A DNA stretch of 64,000 nt from Magallana gigas (lineage: Eukaryota). Under the pieces are notes generated by a model. The model worked only from the letters and a program-made list of their open reading frames with translations, was not told the DNA's origin and searched no databases. The DNA lies in contig NC_088857.1 in the NCBI RefSeq assembly GCF_963853765.1, positions 4,836,001 to 4,900,000 of the forward strand. Direction: 5' to 3'. The translations under genes and the position numbers were made by a program. This document shows positions 9,861 through 23,800 of the stretch, in pieces. Positions within the stretch are counted from its first letter, which is position 1. Each line of letters opens with the position of its first letter.

Positions 9861-12603
9861 TGATTGATTCTCAATCACCGGTAAATATTCATCCTTAGCT
9901 ATTTAGCATGTGTTTTAAAATACACGTGGCTAAAAATTACTCATTTATTACATGTCACGTGTTCTGATACTGTACGTTTATCACACGCTTTCACACTCAC
10001 AGGAATTATAATTATATTGTTAAATGTCTCATGTCTCACCGGGTAGATTAAGACGAGTCTTTTTATCGCTCCAGCTCTAACTGGAATTTTCCTGGCGTTA
10101 ATTATGCAAAAAACTTTTAAAAACAAATTATTTTCCCCTAATGTTTGAGAGATTCTAACTCTGTATAAAACTTGTCTAAAAACACTAATCGCATAGCAAC
10201 TGTATCACATGTTCTATACTAGAAGGATTCCTATATGTACAAATTCACCGGTACATATTCATCCGAATTCGAAGCAACAGAAGCCCTTGTTAGCTAAGAA
10301 TTAAGGCACAAAAAGAGCAACAAAAGAAGAAGCTTTCTCTCTGCAATCAGTTCTGTGGATACGAGAAGTACCCACCCATGCACCATACACAGAGGATGCA
10401 ATTACACAACAAGGTATCCAAAACACATTCTGCAGACACCCTATTCAATCAGTCACTCGCATACATCAGACAAAAGAAAGCACTTATGCAACAAAGAATC
10501 GCACACATTTATACCTCACCGGTCAGTCCATCCATATGTGCTGCATAAATATCAAATTCAGTGGCGCACACTCCTGAGAATGCAACTTAAACAAAACAAG
10601 CAGGGTATGACACGGAGCACGGAACTGCAGCAGCCGTCCGTCCCCGGCTTCTTATGGCACAATGTACACGGTACTCGAGCAGAGTAAGTTATGGGTCCCG
10701 AATAAAGGGTCCAGTACATAAAAAGTTATACATGTTTAAACAGGTATCATACATCAATACAATTATGTCAAGTTCTCACATTTTTACTAAACAAGTTCAA
10801 TCTTATTCATTCATTCTTTCATTTATAATATAACAAGTGAATTATCACAGTAAAATACATTCATGTAACTTCATTTGAGTCCGTACTCACCAAACCTCAT
10901 TCAAACACACTCAGCGACAGATTTACTACCCATTCATAAAATAAACCCACAATCCATTCATAAAATAAACCCACAATGGAGCGTTTCACCGGGATGGGAT
11001 TCATCCGCTTGTGCAGCAGTGTGCACAATATTGAGATTACATTGTTACAAGTTCAAAACACAGAAAAACAAACAAAAATGATCCGTCTCTGTTCCTTCTC
11101 TTTAAGTCCTGGGATCCTCTGGAGTTTTCCCTCTCCTTGTAATTTGCAGTTCTTTTGATGTAACAGTTAGACATATATTGTAGTCACCTTCAACAAATGG
11201 ACAGTGACTGTTGTCACTCCCACGGAGTGGTCCGACCCCTGCCCCGATGTCAGACGGGCCCTGGGTCCCCATTTAGCTGGCTCGTCTCCTTCTACTGATC
11301 ATGGCTTGGGTTGTGAGTAAACTTCTTGGGGACCACTGCCTTTAAACATAACGATATACCATTAGTAAGTGTGAATTAATCTAAATGATGTTTTTAATAA
11401 CGCCACGATGTAAACGATCTCCATGGACTTAGCAAGGAAGTCCGATAAAGTATTTTCAATTCTATGGAATTGTAAAGAGCACATGCTATAGATGGTGACC
11501 AGATTGTTCCATATACTTTGTTTTACTTATGAATAATTTCAAGTGAGAAATCAATTATTTATTTTAGACTGACTAAGTCACATTTTAATCATAAATCACA
11601 AGGAAACAAGAAATCATATTGACGCCAGCGTCAAATGGGCCGCAAAAAATATATTTGATGTATGAATTATTGGTCGTTTACATAAAAACACACCACAAAG
11701 GAGAAAATAAGAGTTGGTTGTACTAATTTTTATGGTAAATTTTAATATACTTTCAGCAACTTGTTTTGAAGTTTAACATTTTACTATAATCATAAAGAAT
11801 CGATTTCGTTACTGTAAGCATTTCTAACGGAAATTGTATGATCATTGCCATAGTATGAAGTAATGGAGAACACATTGATTTATACATACTCTAATACAAA
11901 GTTCAACTCATCATTTTTCTCTTGGAGATTATGTATTTCAAGCCATTTTGGTTTTTTGGTTGTTGCATTGTATTGAATGAAAACTTAATGCATTAGTTTA
12001 ATATATGATTTCAAGAGACCTCATAATAAAATAAAAATGGATTAGTTCAAATTTTGCAGTCAATTTAAATTTTCATTTCTGTCATATTCTTGCGTAAATA
12101 ATTGATATAATGTCATTTTATGATATTTTCTACCACATTTACAAGGAAAGTAATAAATACACACGCAGAGTCATTTTATTTGACACGGCAAATAGAAATT
12201 CAAATATATCATTAATATAAAATTTAATGACATTCAGGTCTTTAGTATTTTAGGTCTTAAGTATGTCCCGCATACCGATCCCGATGCATTGTTTTGAGAA
12301 GAATGAAAAACTCAGAAATTTTCCGAATAGATTATAGTCTCGATAAAAACGCGCCAAATACGACAATCTACTAAGTATGACCTACTTTTCATTTAGGAGT
12401 AAAACAAAAAATATGTGATTTTTTCTAAAAGGCATAACACATATTTCTACATGCAAATTTACTTTAAACTCCTAAAAATAAGCATAGTATTAATTCTAAT
12501 AAAAAAGAACTATCCCGCAGAAACGCAGTAACAATATTTAAATGTGTATCAAATAACGGACCGCCTTCCGGCGGCCCGTAATCAGGCCGCCTAAGAGTAC
12601 ATG

Positions 12604-12740
12604 CACGAAACGTCACTGGGCAATGACCTTTTTCTCCATTGCGATAGAGAACACAGATTTTGGCTACGTCACTGGGCAATGACCTTTTTCCAGATTGCTT
12701 AGGATATACACATTTTGACTACGTCACTGGGCAATGACCT
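12604..12740. repeat. ~56-bp tandem repeat with three invariant 20-bp cores
   Basis: ACGTCACTGGGCAATGACCT at 12610, 12666 and 12721; the two linkers are mutually homologous. Confidence 0.85.
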
Positions 12741-14989
12741 CTCAATGTAAAAATGTTTGTTATACGTGTAGCTTGTGAATTTGTTAAGTATGGGATAGTG
12801 TCTGCAGTTTACAATTTCTGAGAGCTACCTGTATTTGCAAAATTTATAGGAGAGTACCTGTGATATTAATTTGAATTTCCATAATAAATTCTTATAGGAC
12901 AGATCATTATCCAATGTGTGAGTTTTGTGTGAGTAATAACGTTTTAATGAATGAAATGGAGTTTTATTCAGTTATGGAGCAAAAAGGAACTTCATGAATC
13001 GAGTATTCAGTGTGGCCATTAATTATAAGACGACTTCAGTTGTTTCATGGGGTTTATATTTTCATCACTCAATGAACCTTTTATTTCCAAATAATGACAC
13101 TTATTTATAAGAAAAAAAAGGTAAGATTCCATGTCCACCTCAAAGACGATTTACCAAGGTCATTGGTTCTCACTTGCTAAGGACAATTAATTTCTAGAAG
13201 GTTGATTGAGAGGAAAGAATGGAAAACCCGCTGAATTCAAGCCGAATGGACCGACTTAAGATCTTTTGACTTTAGAATTTAACTGTATGGTAGAGTTTTT
13301 CGAAATGGTCAAAATATCTTTTCTTATGATAGTTTTAGCTATCTATTGCAGCATTGATTTGATTTGGCCAATATTCGTTTATCGACAGATGAAGTTCATA
13401 TCTGGATGGTTAACATCTGTTAATAAATAGCTTATATTCCATTTGAAAATAAAAATGACTGCTTGTTATGACCCAGTTTTGTTTACTAATAAAATAACTT
13501 GCTACAATAAGCTACATAAAAATTCGTATATTCTGACAAATTTTAAATCATCAACATAATTACCAAACATCTTTCCACCATATCTATATTTTGCTACAAA
13601 AAGCTCCACATGGTCAAAGATATTTCATGTTGAATATCCACAGATATTTTAAATGGTTATCATTTATATACAAATGGTTATACAGTGATGCAGAGAGCAA
13701 CCCATACATATGAATAAGTATATTTACAGTTATTTCAATGGTTAACAATTGTTTGGTGAGAGCAATATTTCATCCCCCACTCCCCCCACCATGGTCAACA
13801 TCGGTTTATCATGCAATATTACGACAAGATTTGGACATAATATCTTACTGTTTTCGAAATGAATACCTTAGAATTTCAAAATTTTCACAACATCCTTCAT
13901 AATGCGGTACCAATTTCCACAAAATTTAAAATATATTACAATATTCAACATGGCTGCCTGCCACATCCTCAGACCCCTAAAGGAGATCGGGAATCATCGA
14001 CTGGAATTTACAGAAACAAGAAATTACGTACCTGAAAAGGCTCGTGGTCCCCTCTTTGGTCCAGGTACTCTGACCCACTAAGGCGATTTGTTCTCCTAAC
14101 CCAAATTCAGAATCTTATATATACTAAAAAATGGGGGCATTTAAGGTGATTGAACGAAGAGAGTGGTGATTGGTGGGAAACTAGGGCAGTGTGTTTGCGT
14201 GACATACAGTCTAGGGCTGATTGACCCGACCCCAAAAATCTGAATATGCAATGTTACGTATATTGAATTCCAAAATGGCTGACTAGGTCAACGCCCCTTT
14301 ATACTGGAGGTTGTTGAACCAAGCTTGGATCGTTAAAAAAAGGGAGAGATTGATTTTAAGTTAGGACAGAATAGGAAAATGAATGATTTTTAAAAACATT
14401 TTTGAGGACTTTCTCTCATTTTCATGAAATCATTGATATTCATATCGGTACATATATTTGAATAAACTATTTTACTATATTGCACTGGGAAAACGTGGTA
14501 TATATGTTTACGTTCCTGTAAACATCCGATGGATGAAGGAAATATCACGGCGAAGGCTTGTTTTGGTATTAGCATTAAGGTAGAAGCAGGTCCATGTCAT
14601 GTCTATTTCAATATCCAATGTTATCATGTGAAAGTAGGGTGCATCTTTTGAACAATGCGTTACTTTGATCAATAAGCGTATGAGATGTTATGGTAAAGAT
14701 GATATGATAAACTCACTTTAGTCTTACACAGTAGGATGATCTTGGTCCTGGGCACTAAAAAAAAATATAAAATATAAGATAAAAGCTATTTATTGTAACA
14801 TGGTTTATGGACAGTAATAATTATTATGTTTAGAAATTAAGCTGCGATATGATGACTGAAAATGGTTTTTATTTTAAAAATTTAAAAAAAAATGATGACG
14901 CTGACTTTATCGATGTCGATGGTTGGAATTCAAATAAAAAGATGTTATTGAATTGTTTATTTGTAATAAATAAAGGAACACAATTGGCA

Positions 14990-15700
14990 TTGGTCAGTTA
15001 AATATTGAAATCGAATACTATTGGTCAGTTGATAATCAAATCGAATACTATTGGTCATTTGAATATTGAAGTAAAAGTCTATTGGTCAGTTAGATATTGA
15101 AATGAAGTACGATTGGTCAGTTAAATATTGACACCTTATACTATTGGCCAGTTAAATATTGAAATAGAATACTATTGGTCAGTTGATAATCAAATAGAAT
15201 ACTGTTGGTTATTTGAATATTGAAGTAGAAGTCTATTGGTCAGTTAGATATTGAAATGAAGTACGATTGGTCAGTTAAATATTGACACCTTATACTATTG
15301 ACCAGTTAAATATTGAAATCGAATACTATTGCTCAGTTGATAATCAAATAGAATACTGTTGGTTATTTGAATATTGAAGTAAAAGTCTATTGGTCCGTTA
15401 TATATTGAAATAGAATGCGATTGGTCAGTTAGATTTTGACACCTTATACTATTGGCCAGTTAAATATTGAAATAGAATACTATTGGTCAGTTGATAATCA
15501 AATAGAATACTATTGGTCAGTTGAATATTGAAATTGAAGTCTATAGGTCAGTTACATATTGAAATTGAAATATTGACACATGATACTATTGGCCAGTTAA
15601 AGATTTAAATAAAATAATATTAATCAGGTCAATTTTGTAAGAGAATACAATTGGTCAGTTAAAATAATATTGACATACAATATTATTGGTCATTAGATTG
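14990..15700. repeat. 30-31-bp minisatellite with a ~154-bp five-monomer higher-order repeat
   Basis: The TATTGGTCAGTT core recurs every 30-31 bp; five distinct monomer types recur in the same order about three to four times. Confidence 0.85.
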
Positions 15701-15834
15701 ATAAATTTAGGTCTTAGTCGGTACATGTACATTGCAACAGTTTTGTATTGGTCTGACACCTGAATAATACGCAATAAATTGGTCAGTATAACAAAATAGA
15801 ATTGTGTAGGTAAGTTTATATTGAAGTAGAATGA

Positions 15835-17390
15835 AATAGGTCATTGTATGGTAATAGTAGGGTATCGGTCATTGTATCGTAATAATTGTGTGTCGGTCAT
15901 TTTATTGTAATAATTGGGTATCGGTTATTATATTGTAATAACTATGTGTCTGTCATTGTATTGTAATAATTGTGTATCGGTCATTGTATTGTAATAATTG
16001 TGTGTCGGTCATTGTATTGTAATAATTGTGTGTCGGTCATTGTATTGTAATTATTGTGTATCGGTCATTGTATCGTAATTATTGGATATCGGTCATTGTA
16101 TTTTAATAATTGTGTGTCGGTCATTGTATCGTAATTATTGGATATCGGTCATTGTATTTTAATAATTGTGTGTCGGTCATTGTATCGTAATTATTGGATA
16201 TCGGTCATTGTTTTGTAATAATTGTGTGTCGGTCATTGTATTGTAATAATTGTGTGTCGGTCATTTTATTGTAATAATTGTGTATCGGTCATTGTATCGT
16301 AATTATTGGATATCGGTCATTGTATTTTAATAATTGTGTGTCGGTCATTGTATCGTAATTATTGGATATCGGTCATTGTATTTTAATAATTGTGTGTCGG
16401 TCATTGTATCGTAATTATTGGATATCGGTCATTGTATTGTAATAATTGTGTGTCGGACATTGTATTGTAATAATTGTGTGTCGGTCATTGTATTGTAATA
16501 ATTGTGTGTCGGTCATTTTATTGTAATAATTGGGTATCGGTTATTATATTGTAATAATTATGTGTCGGTCATTGTATTGTAATAATTGTGTATCGGTCAT
16601 TGTATTGTAATTATTGTGTGTCGGTCATTGTATTGTCGGTCATTGTATTGTAATAATTGTGTGTCGGTCATTGTATTGTAATAATTGTGTGTCGGTCATT
16701 GTATCGTAATTATTGGATATCGGTCATTGTATTTTAATAATTGTGTGTCGGTCATTGTATCGTAATTATTGGATATCGGTCATTGTATTGTAATAATTGT
16801 GTGTCGGTCATTGTATTGTAATAATTGTGTGTCGGTCATTGTATTGTAATAATTGTGTGTCGGAAATTGTATTGTAATGATTGTGTGTCGGTCACTGTAT
16901 TGTAATAATTGTGTGTCGGTCATTGTATTGTAATAATTGTATGTCGGTCATTGTATTGTTATAATTGTGTGTCGGTCATTGTATCGTTATTATTGGACAT
17001 CGGTCATTGTATTGTAATAATTGTGTGTCGGTAATTGTATTGTAAATATTGTGTGTCGGTAATTGTATTGTAATAATCGTGTGTCGATGTAGGTATTGTA
17101 ATAATTGTGTGTCGGTCATTGTATCGTAATTATTGGATATTGGTCATTGTATTGCAATAATTGTGTGTCGGTAATTGTATTGTAATGATTGTGTGTCGGT
17201 AATTGTGTTGTAAAAATTGTGTGTCGGTAATTGTATTGTAATATTTGTGTGTCGGTCATTGTATTGTAAGGATTGTGTGTTTGTCAGAGTAATGTAATAA
17301 TTGTGTATTGGTCACCGATTGTAAAAATTGTGTATCGGTCACCAATTGTAAAAATAGGGTATTGATCATTGTATTGTAAAACTGTTTATT
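15835..17390. repeat. 28-bp minisatellite (~55 units) with local 56-bp dimers
   Basis: Unit TCGGTCATTGTATTGTAATAATTGTGTG; the variant TCGGTCATTGTATCGTAATTATTGGATA alternates with it. Confidence 0.95.
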
Positions 17391-18129
17391 ACAGTATTTT
17401 GTAATTGAAAAACATGCATAATATTGGTCAATTTAAGAAGATTTTTATTGGCAAATTTTTGGTCATATATTAAGAAAAGAAGATACATGCATTATTGACT
17501 GAACACTTTTATTGAAACAGACTTATATTACATGCATAAAATTTGTCAGTGTTTTTAAATAGATAAATGACAAATGCATTACCAATAAATTGGTAATATT
17601 TTGAAATAAAGGATTTTGTTGTTGTATCAATTAGCTGGTCTGCTTTTATGACATGCGTTGAGATAATTAACCACGACACATGTTTCTATGCATGCTGCTG
17701 ATTACATAGTTAGCAGTGAGCGGAGTGGTTTGGAGTCAACAACCTCATGTTTTCTTTGAGTCATTTTAAAATATATATTTAATGGACGTATGGAGGATGA
17801 GTGAGGCCGATGCCCTGTTTTGTATGGTGGGCGTCAAACGAGTACAACGTTCTTCTTAATCTAGATAATCGATATCTGTTCGGGGGAAAAATCCATTCAT
17901 AGAAGATATTCATATCCAGGTTAAGATTATGTCAATCTTTTTGACAGTCAACTATGAATATTTTATGGTTACAATAAATAAAGAATTTATGTATATTTTA
18001 TTTGGAAAGATGAAAAACAAAAAAAAATTTCTCTTAAATTGGTATTCCCCTGAAGCGTGGAAGGCATTGATCGGTACCAAATATGTCATGTACGTTCAGA
18101 TTATCTAATGCTTACTAGATCTGGCACCA

Positions 18130-18260
18130 NNNNNNNNNNNNNNNNNNNNNNNNNNNNNNNNNNNNNNNNNNNNNNNNNNNNNNNNNNNNNNNNNNNNNNN
18201 NNNNNNNNNNNNNNNNNNNNNNNNNNNNNNNNNNNNNNNNNNNNNNNNNNNNNNNNNNNN
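18130..18260. other. Assembly gap (131 N)
   Basis: Run of N. Confidence 1.
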
Positions 18261-18799
18261 CAACAACTAAAATGAGTGTAAGTATGAATAACGTGTCTTA
18301 AAGATAGCTTTTCTTTCCTGTTTTAAGAAGTGTATAACGCTCATCAATTGGCGATTCCACTCACGGTGTATACCCACTCTTTGCCTGACAATCAATGCGC
18401 GGCAGTGAACGAGCGGTCAGTGACCCCGGGACATGCTCTCCTCGGCACTTAGTGAATGTCAAGGACGCCCAGTCGGGCTTTTAATGGGTCGATACCACTG
18501 AGAGGCACAATGATAGTGTCGTATTGCTTTAAGAAATGTGAGAGAGAGAGAGAGAGAGAGAGAGATATTGGGAATTATATTGTTTCAGAAAAAAAGAAAT
18601 GAAAAAAAATGGCACAATAAATTCATATCTATAAGTACAATACTTTCTGCTCCTGATGTATTCAATGGTGTCCTTTTTTAGCTTATCTCACGAAATAAGT
18701 TGTCTTCGAAAATAAAAATGCAGGAAAACACAAATTAATTAGATGCATAAGTATGTGTTGAGATAAATTATGCTACTCTCGATCGTTTGCTACATTCTG

Positions 18800-19118
18800 C
18801 AGGCACGTAGCATCAGGGGGGCCCCCACTTTTTTGGAAGTTATTAAAAAATTGATATGAAAATAAGGAAATGAGTAGTCAAATTGTAGTTACCCTCCCCC
18901 CCCCCCCGGAATAGGAGTTTTATGATTTGGAGGAAACAAAATTTTGGTAGGGAAGAATTTTTTTGGAAGTATAGTTGAGTTAAACCCCCCCCCCCGGATT
19001 AGGATTTTGAAGATTTTTGGAAACTTTAAATTTCTCTCTTTTTTTCCTTGGCAAGATTTTTTGGATGGGTCTGGCCCCCCCCCCCCCCCCCACTTTCAAA
19101 AACGATGCTACGTGCCTG
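18800..19118. mobile_element. MITE with CAGGCACGTAGCATC TIRs and poly-C/G tracts
   Basis: 15-bp perfect TIRs; flanked by the direct repeat TTCTG at 18795-18799 and 19119-19123. Confidence 0.85.
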
Positions 19119-19138
19119 TTCTGTCAATCTGAATGTGT

Positions 19139-19312
19139 ATCTCTTTTGATCGGGACCCCCCCCCCCTCGATCCCCCTCCCCTGTCCCTAATTGTACTTCC
19201 TCTTCCACGAAACGTCACTGACCCAGAGAAAAAGGCAGGGAAGTGTGAACATATATCTGATTATTACAAAGTACATGCATTTGTACATCAGTACTTCACG
19301 GTATGTCAGTAA
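19139..19312 (+). repeat. ~170-bp dispersed repeat, partner of 9462-9630
   Basis: Same shared motifs as listed for 9462-9630. Confidence 0.8.
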
Positions 19313-19464
19313 ACGTAGATTAAATATTGCCGAGTCCTCTACAGTATAGTATGTACATGTGTCCACTATCCACAAAGATAGGTGCATCTTTAACCAGTAC
19401 AATACCGGTATATGCTTGATTTTTTTTCTTTATTCCAACAATTAAATCATTTTCTGTGAATCCC

Positions 19465-19716
19465 TTGACTTTAGGCCTCTTCGTGGCAGGTGGCACATAA
19501 AGCAGCCACACAGACTCAGTCCCTCCAGGCAGCCCCATCCTTTGCTTTTGCCACCACTGTCCTCCGAGACAACTTTATCTTTTTCAGCTCACTCTCTACT
19601 GTTCTTCGCTATGTTGATTTTGGCCCGCCCCTTTTCCTTTTGCCATCGGCCGTCCAGAAGATGCTTTCTCTGGTAATGTCGTGCTGGTCTTTTCTGAGCA
19701 CATGGCCGATCCATCT
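19465..19716 (-). mobile_element. RTE-clade LINE, 3' end of ORF2, pseudogenised
   Basis: RWIGHVLRKD..ITRESIFWTADGKRKRGGPKST*RRTVESELK..AKAKD..W..VAALCA..HEEA*, a typical RTE C-terminus with in-frame stops. Confidence 0.8.
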
Positions 19717-19954
19717 ACACCCTTTTCTTGAGAACCATGCCTGTATAAAGGTAGCGAGCATTGCACTGACGAAAACAAAACCTACATTAGAGAGTTGTTT
19801 ATTTTCCCCCATGAAAATAATGAAGTAATTGTTGAGTCAAAGAACAATAGTGTCTGCATAAACATCACCTACAAATTAGTCTACAAGTTATGAAATTCTA
19901 TGTTTTACAAAACCTACAGCGACCTATAAAAATCATGGACTGCACAAAATACTG

Positions 19955-20416
19955 TGGAACGATTTGGGCTAAAATAAAATTCGATTATTCAATTTTTAGA
20001 AGTTTATGTTTAAAATGCTAAAGGTCTTTCTAAAAGTCAACTAAAATATATGTGTCAGTCGTCGACTTATAAGATAAGCAGAACTTGTAATGTTTTTGTC
20101 ATGTTAGCAAAGCTCATGCCATTTATTGACATATTGAGTGCAAAACTGAACATGGAAAATATTTATGTTTGAAAATAAGATAATCCAAATTAACAGGAAA
20201 ATAAATATAAACGAACTGCGTGTGTTCATAACGAACAAACAAAACTTAAAACAGAACTTTTATCAATATATTTGACCAGTGTAAATAAAACATGGCACAA
20301 GATATTTGAGTTCTAAGCTGAAAACTGACGTTCCATTTTGGTTAGGCTTTACAAATACCTAATGAAATATTGTAAACATTAAAAATGGAAAATAACATTC
20401 GTCTTCATGCCCCTTT
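19955..20416. mobile_element. Highly degenerate copy of the ~500-bp MITE family
   Basis: Contains GTGTCAGTCGTCGACTTATAAG and ends CATGCCCCTTTA, as at 9445-9456. Confidence 0.55.
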
Positions 20417-20833
20417 ATGCCAATTATAAAACCAGTAATGGTAAGTCTATTTTACGTTGATTGCATGATAATTATCATTAATTTATTTATTATTCATGTT
20501 ACTTTCTACAATTAGAATGGACACAAAACCAGTGGCTTGCGACGATGGCATCTATGCGGTGAATTAATAGTATTATCCTGTTATCAGGAACACTTTTCAG
20601 ACAGAAGTCACAGAACTGAACGCAACAAGCAATCAATGACTTAAATAAAATTTTAATATATATTAATTTCTTCATGAAACTGAAGGCAACAGTTTTACAA
20701 ACATGATTAAAATAATATATTGTGAATGGAAACCGGTATGCATGAACATTACCATATTAACTATAGCAATGAATGAAAGAATGAAAGACATTTTATCAAT
20801 ATTAATCGATCAGTCAATTTTATAGCTTTTGAT

Positions 20834-23800
20834 CTAAATTTCTGCTGTATGCGCAAACCCTACAGGGTATAGAAATGGTTGATCATATGTACAGGAATCA
20901 GCGCGTGATATTTCTTCACACTTAGTGTCTATCCCTTTGGCGAGTTGTCGCTCTTTCCTCTCATGCGTCTCGTTTTGAGTTCGTTTATCAGAGCCAATGC
21001 TACAAACATCGGATTCGTTTTTACTATCACTCTCACAATTATTATCACTCTCACAATTATATCCGTCAGTGGTATTTCTCAACGGTAGTGAGGGACTTTT
21101 CACTGACGGCGAAATTGGAGGACGATGTTCTAAATTGCACATTCCCTGAAAAGATTGTTTAAAGACAGACTCGTCGTTAAGGAACTGATCAACAGGGGGC
21201 ACTCGCCGCCGCTGCTGCTCCACGGCCAGCAGGAGCTGTCTGAGCGGTTCCAGGTACTCAAACCCATCCGAACCACTGAGTCCTGATTGGGTTTGGGTAC
21301 CCGTGGAGTGATCACAGTTTGACGGCTCTTTTCGGTTAAGAGTTTCATAAAAATGGTCTTGTACACCGGGTAGAGCGCCTTGGTCAGATGCCTGACACTC
21401 GACTCCATGTTGGGGTGGAATGTAGTTACTATCATGAGCAATCCGATTTACACTGTCACTAGCAGTCATTATTTGTTTAGAATCACAGGACTCTGGAATG
21501 CATTCGTTGGCTGAATTTGTATTTTCTCCCATAAACACCCAAGAAGTCACACGTTCCCCGGACAAATTCACGAGATTTGATTTCTTCTTCACTGGATATG
21601 GATTTTGCAAAATTACACTTTTTGGAGCTGCTTGAGAATCATTTTGAGACTGAACAATGTGAGTAGTTTTTACGCTTGGTACGTCCAATTTTAAGTTATT
21701 TTGTTCATGAGCAGGTGATTTTGGAGCATCGACGATAACTCCACTGTCGTTGGACTCATTGCTGTCGGTCTTGGTACACTGACACTTATTGTCATCACCA
21801 TCCAATCCAAATGTAACTTTGTTTCTGACAACATCACTCGGTTTTTTCTCCAGCTGATTGTAGAAGTGATTTTTAGTGTTAAGTTTTTCGAAGTTTCTGA
21901 TTTTGGAATGCATTGATTGGGAGTATTTGTGTTTGATTTCGTTGAACGCTTCAGAGGATGTCATGCTGAATTCATCATCGGAAGGGTAATCGTAGAATAT
22001 TCTTCTGTTTCGGACATCGCCATTCTCGACATCCACAACCAAATTATGCTTGTACAAGGAATCCATCTACATACAAAACAAAACAAAGACGTGAATCTCC
22101 ACTAAACATTTATGTATGTACATGATTGTACACGTATTGTACATAATACCGTACACATACAGTTTGTGATAGCCTATGACAGATCAACATGGAAGTCCCT
22201 AGTGACGGCCTTATTGTGCTAACCAGCACGAAGAGAATTAAGTGAGTACATTTATGATAATGTCTTTCATACAGGACTGTTGAATTATATTATTGCATAC
22301 CTGACTTGGAACAGACGGATATCGCTGTATTGACTTAGATCGGCATTGATAGACTATAGCAATAACTGTTGCGATCACAACAATGGACGTCGGCACAGCA
22401 ATGAGAGTTATCACTAAAGGATTGAACAGTCCTCCCCACCAACTGTCATCAGAGGGGGGCTCTTTTCTGGAGGTCAGTCTACTCACAGGAACTACCACCT
22501 GAAATCATTAAAAAGGAAATATTGTTAAAACTCATGGAAGGAAAAGCTGAAACAAGTTTTTTATTCCAAAGAAATAATACACTAAAAGGACATACTGGAT
22601 ATCCTAATATTGCGCTCATTTTGATGTCCGACATCTTTTGAAACGCCATCTCCGCGAGTGAGGCGCTGACCACTATCCCATTGTATGTTACAAGGAATAT
22701 GATTTCCACCCGCTCTCCAGACTTTCTCTTGATGTCTTTGATCTAAAACCAAGAAGGGACATCTCAGGTAAAGTTAAAATGCTTTAAAATTGAAACAAAT
22801 GTTTTGGGGCAAATGCAATACTTACTTTAACGAATATTCCAGTGTCTTTTGTTCGAGTTTTTGAAGAAGACCTGCGCCTTCGCTGAGACATCCCTTCAAC
22901 GTAGATTGTAGTGAGGCCTTGAATCAAAAATAAAAGTATTCATTAAATGCCAAACAAAATTTTGTTTTAAAAAAGCGAAATAGTAGTTCAAAAAATCTAC
23001 CGAGTCTTTCATACCTTCTTCTAGTTTTTCTTTAAAGTGTTCCTGAGAAATATCTATTCCTAATTTAACATCAATTTCAATGACAAGAAGGTTATTTTCT
23101 GGATAAGGATACACTGTTATTGACGGAGATGTCACTGCAACTGTGGATACAGTTGGTGGTAAAGTTGGTTTCGCTTTCAAAGAGACACCTGAACTTTCAG
23201 TGGATCCCGTGTCACTCGACCATTTCACTGAACTGTCAAATCTAATGTGCTCTGATGTTGATATAGTTGAGTCACTTGACAATTTCATTGAACTATCCAA
23301 TGTAATGTGCTCTGATGTTGACATTGTTGAGTCACTTGACCATTTCATTGAACTATCCAATCTAAAGTGCTCTGATGTTGAAATCGTTGTTTCAATTGAA
23401 TCTTTCACTGAGCTATCCATTATAAAGTGCTCTGATATTGAAATCGTTGTGTCACTTGAATCTTTCACTGAACTGTCCATTCTAATGTGCTCTGATGTTG
23501 AAATCGTTGTGACACTTGACCATTTCATTGAACTATCCAATCTAAAGTGCTCTGATGTTGAAAACGTTGTGTCACTTGAATCTTTCACTGAACTATCCAT
23601 TCTAAAGTGCTCTGATATTGAAATCGTTGTGTCACTTGAATCTTTCACTGAGCTGTCCATTCTAAAGTGCTCTGATGTTAAAATCATTGTGTCACTTGAA
23701 TCTTTCACTGAACTTTCCAATCTAATGTGCTCTGATGTTGATATCGTTGTGTCACTTGAACTTTTCATTGAACTGTCCAATCCAATGTGATCTAATGTTG

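Noticed and set aside
10355-11158. Short plus-strand ORFs
   Set aside because: No splice support or motifs; the composition resembles a 3'UTR of a minus-strand transcript.
12604-12740. CRISPR-like pattern (20-bp repeats with ~35-bp spacers)
   Set aside because: The spacers are homologous to each other, there are only three repeats, no cas genes are present and the context is eukaryotic; it is a tandem repeat.
18057-18275. ORF spanning the N run
   Set aside because: Artefact of the assembly gap.
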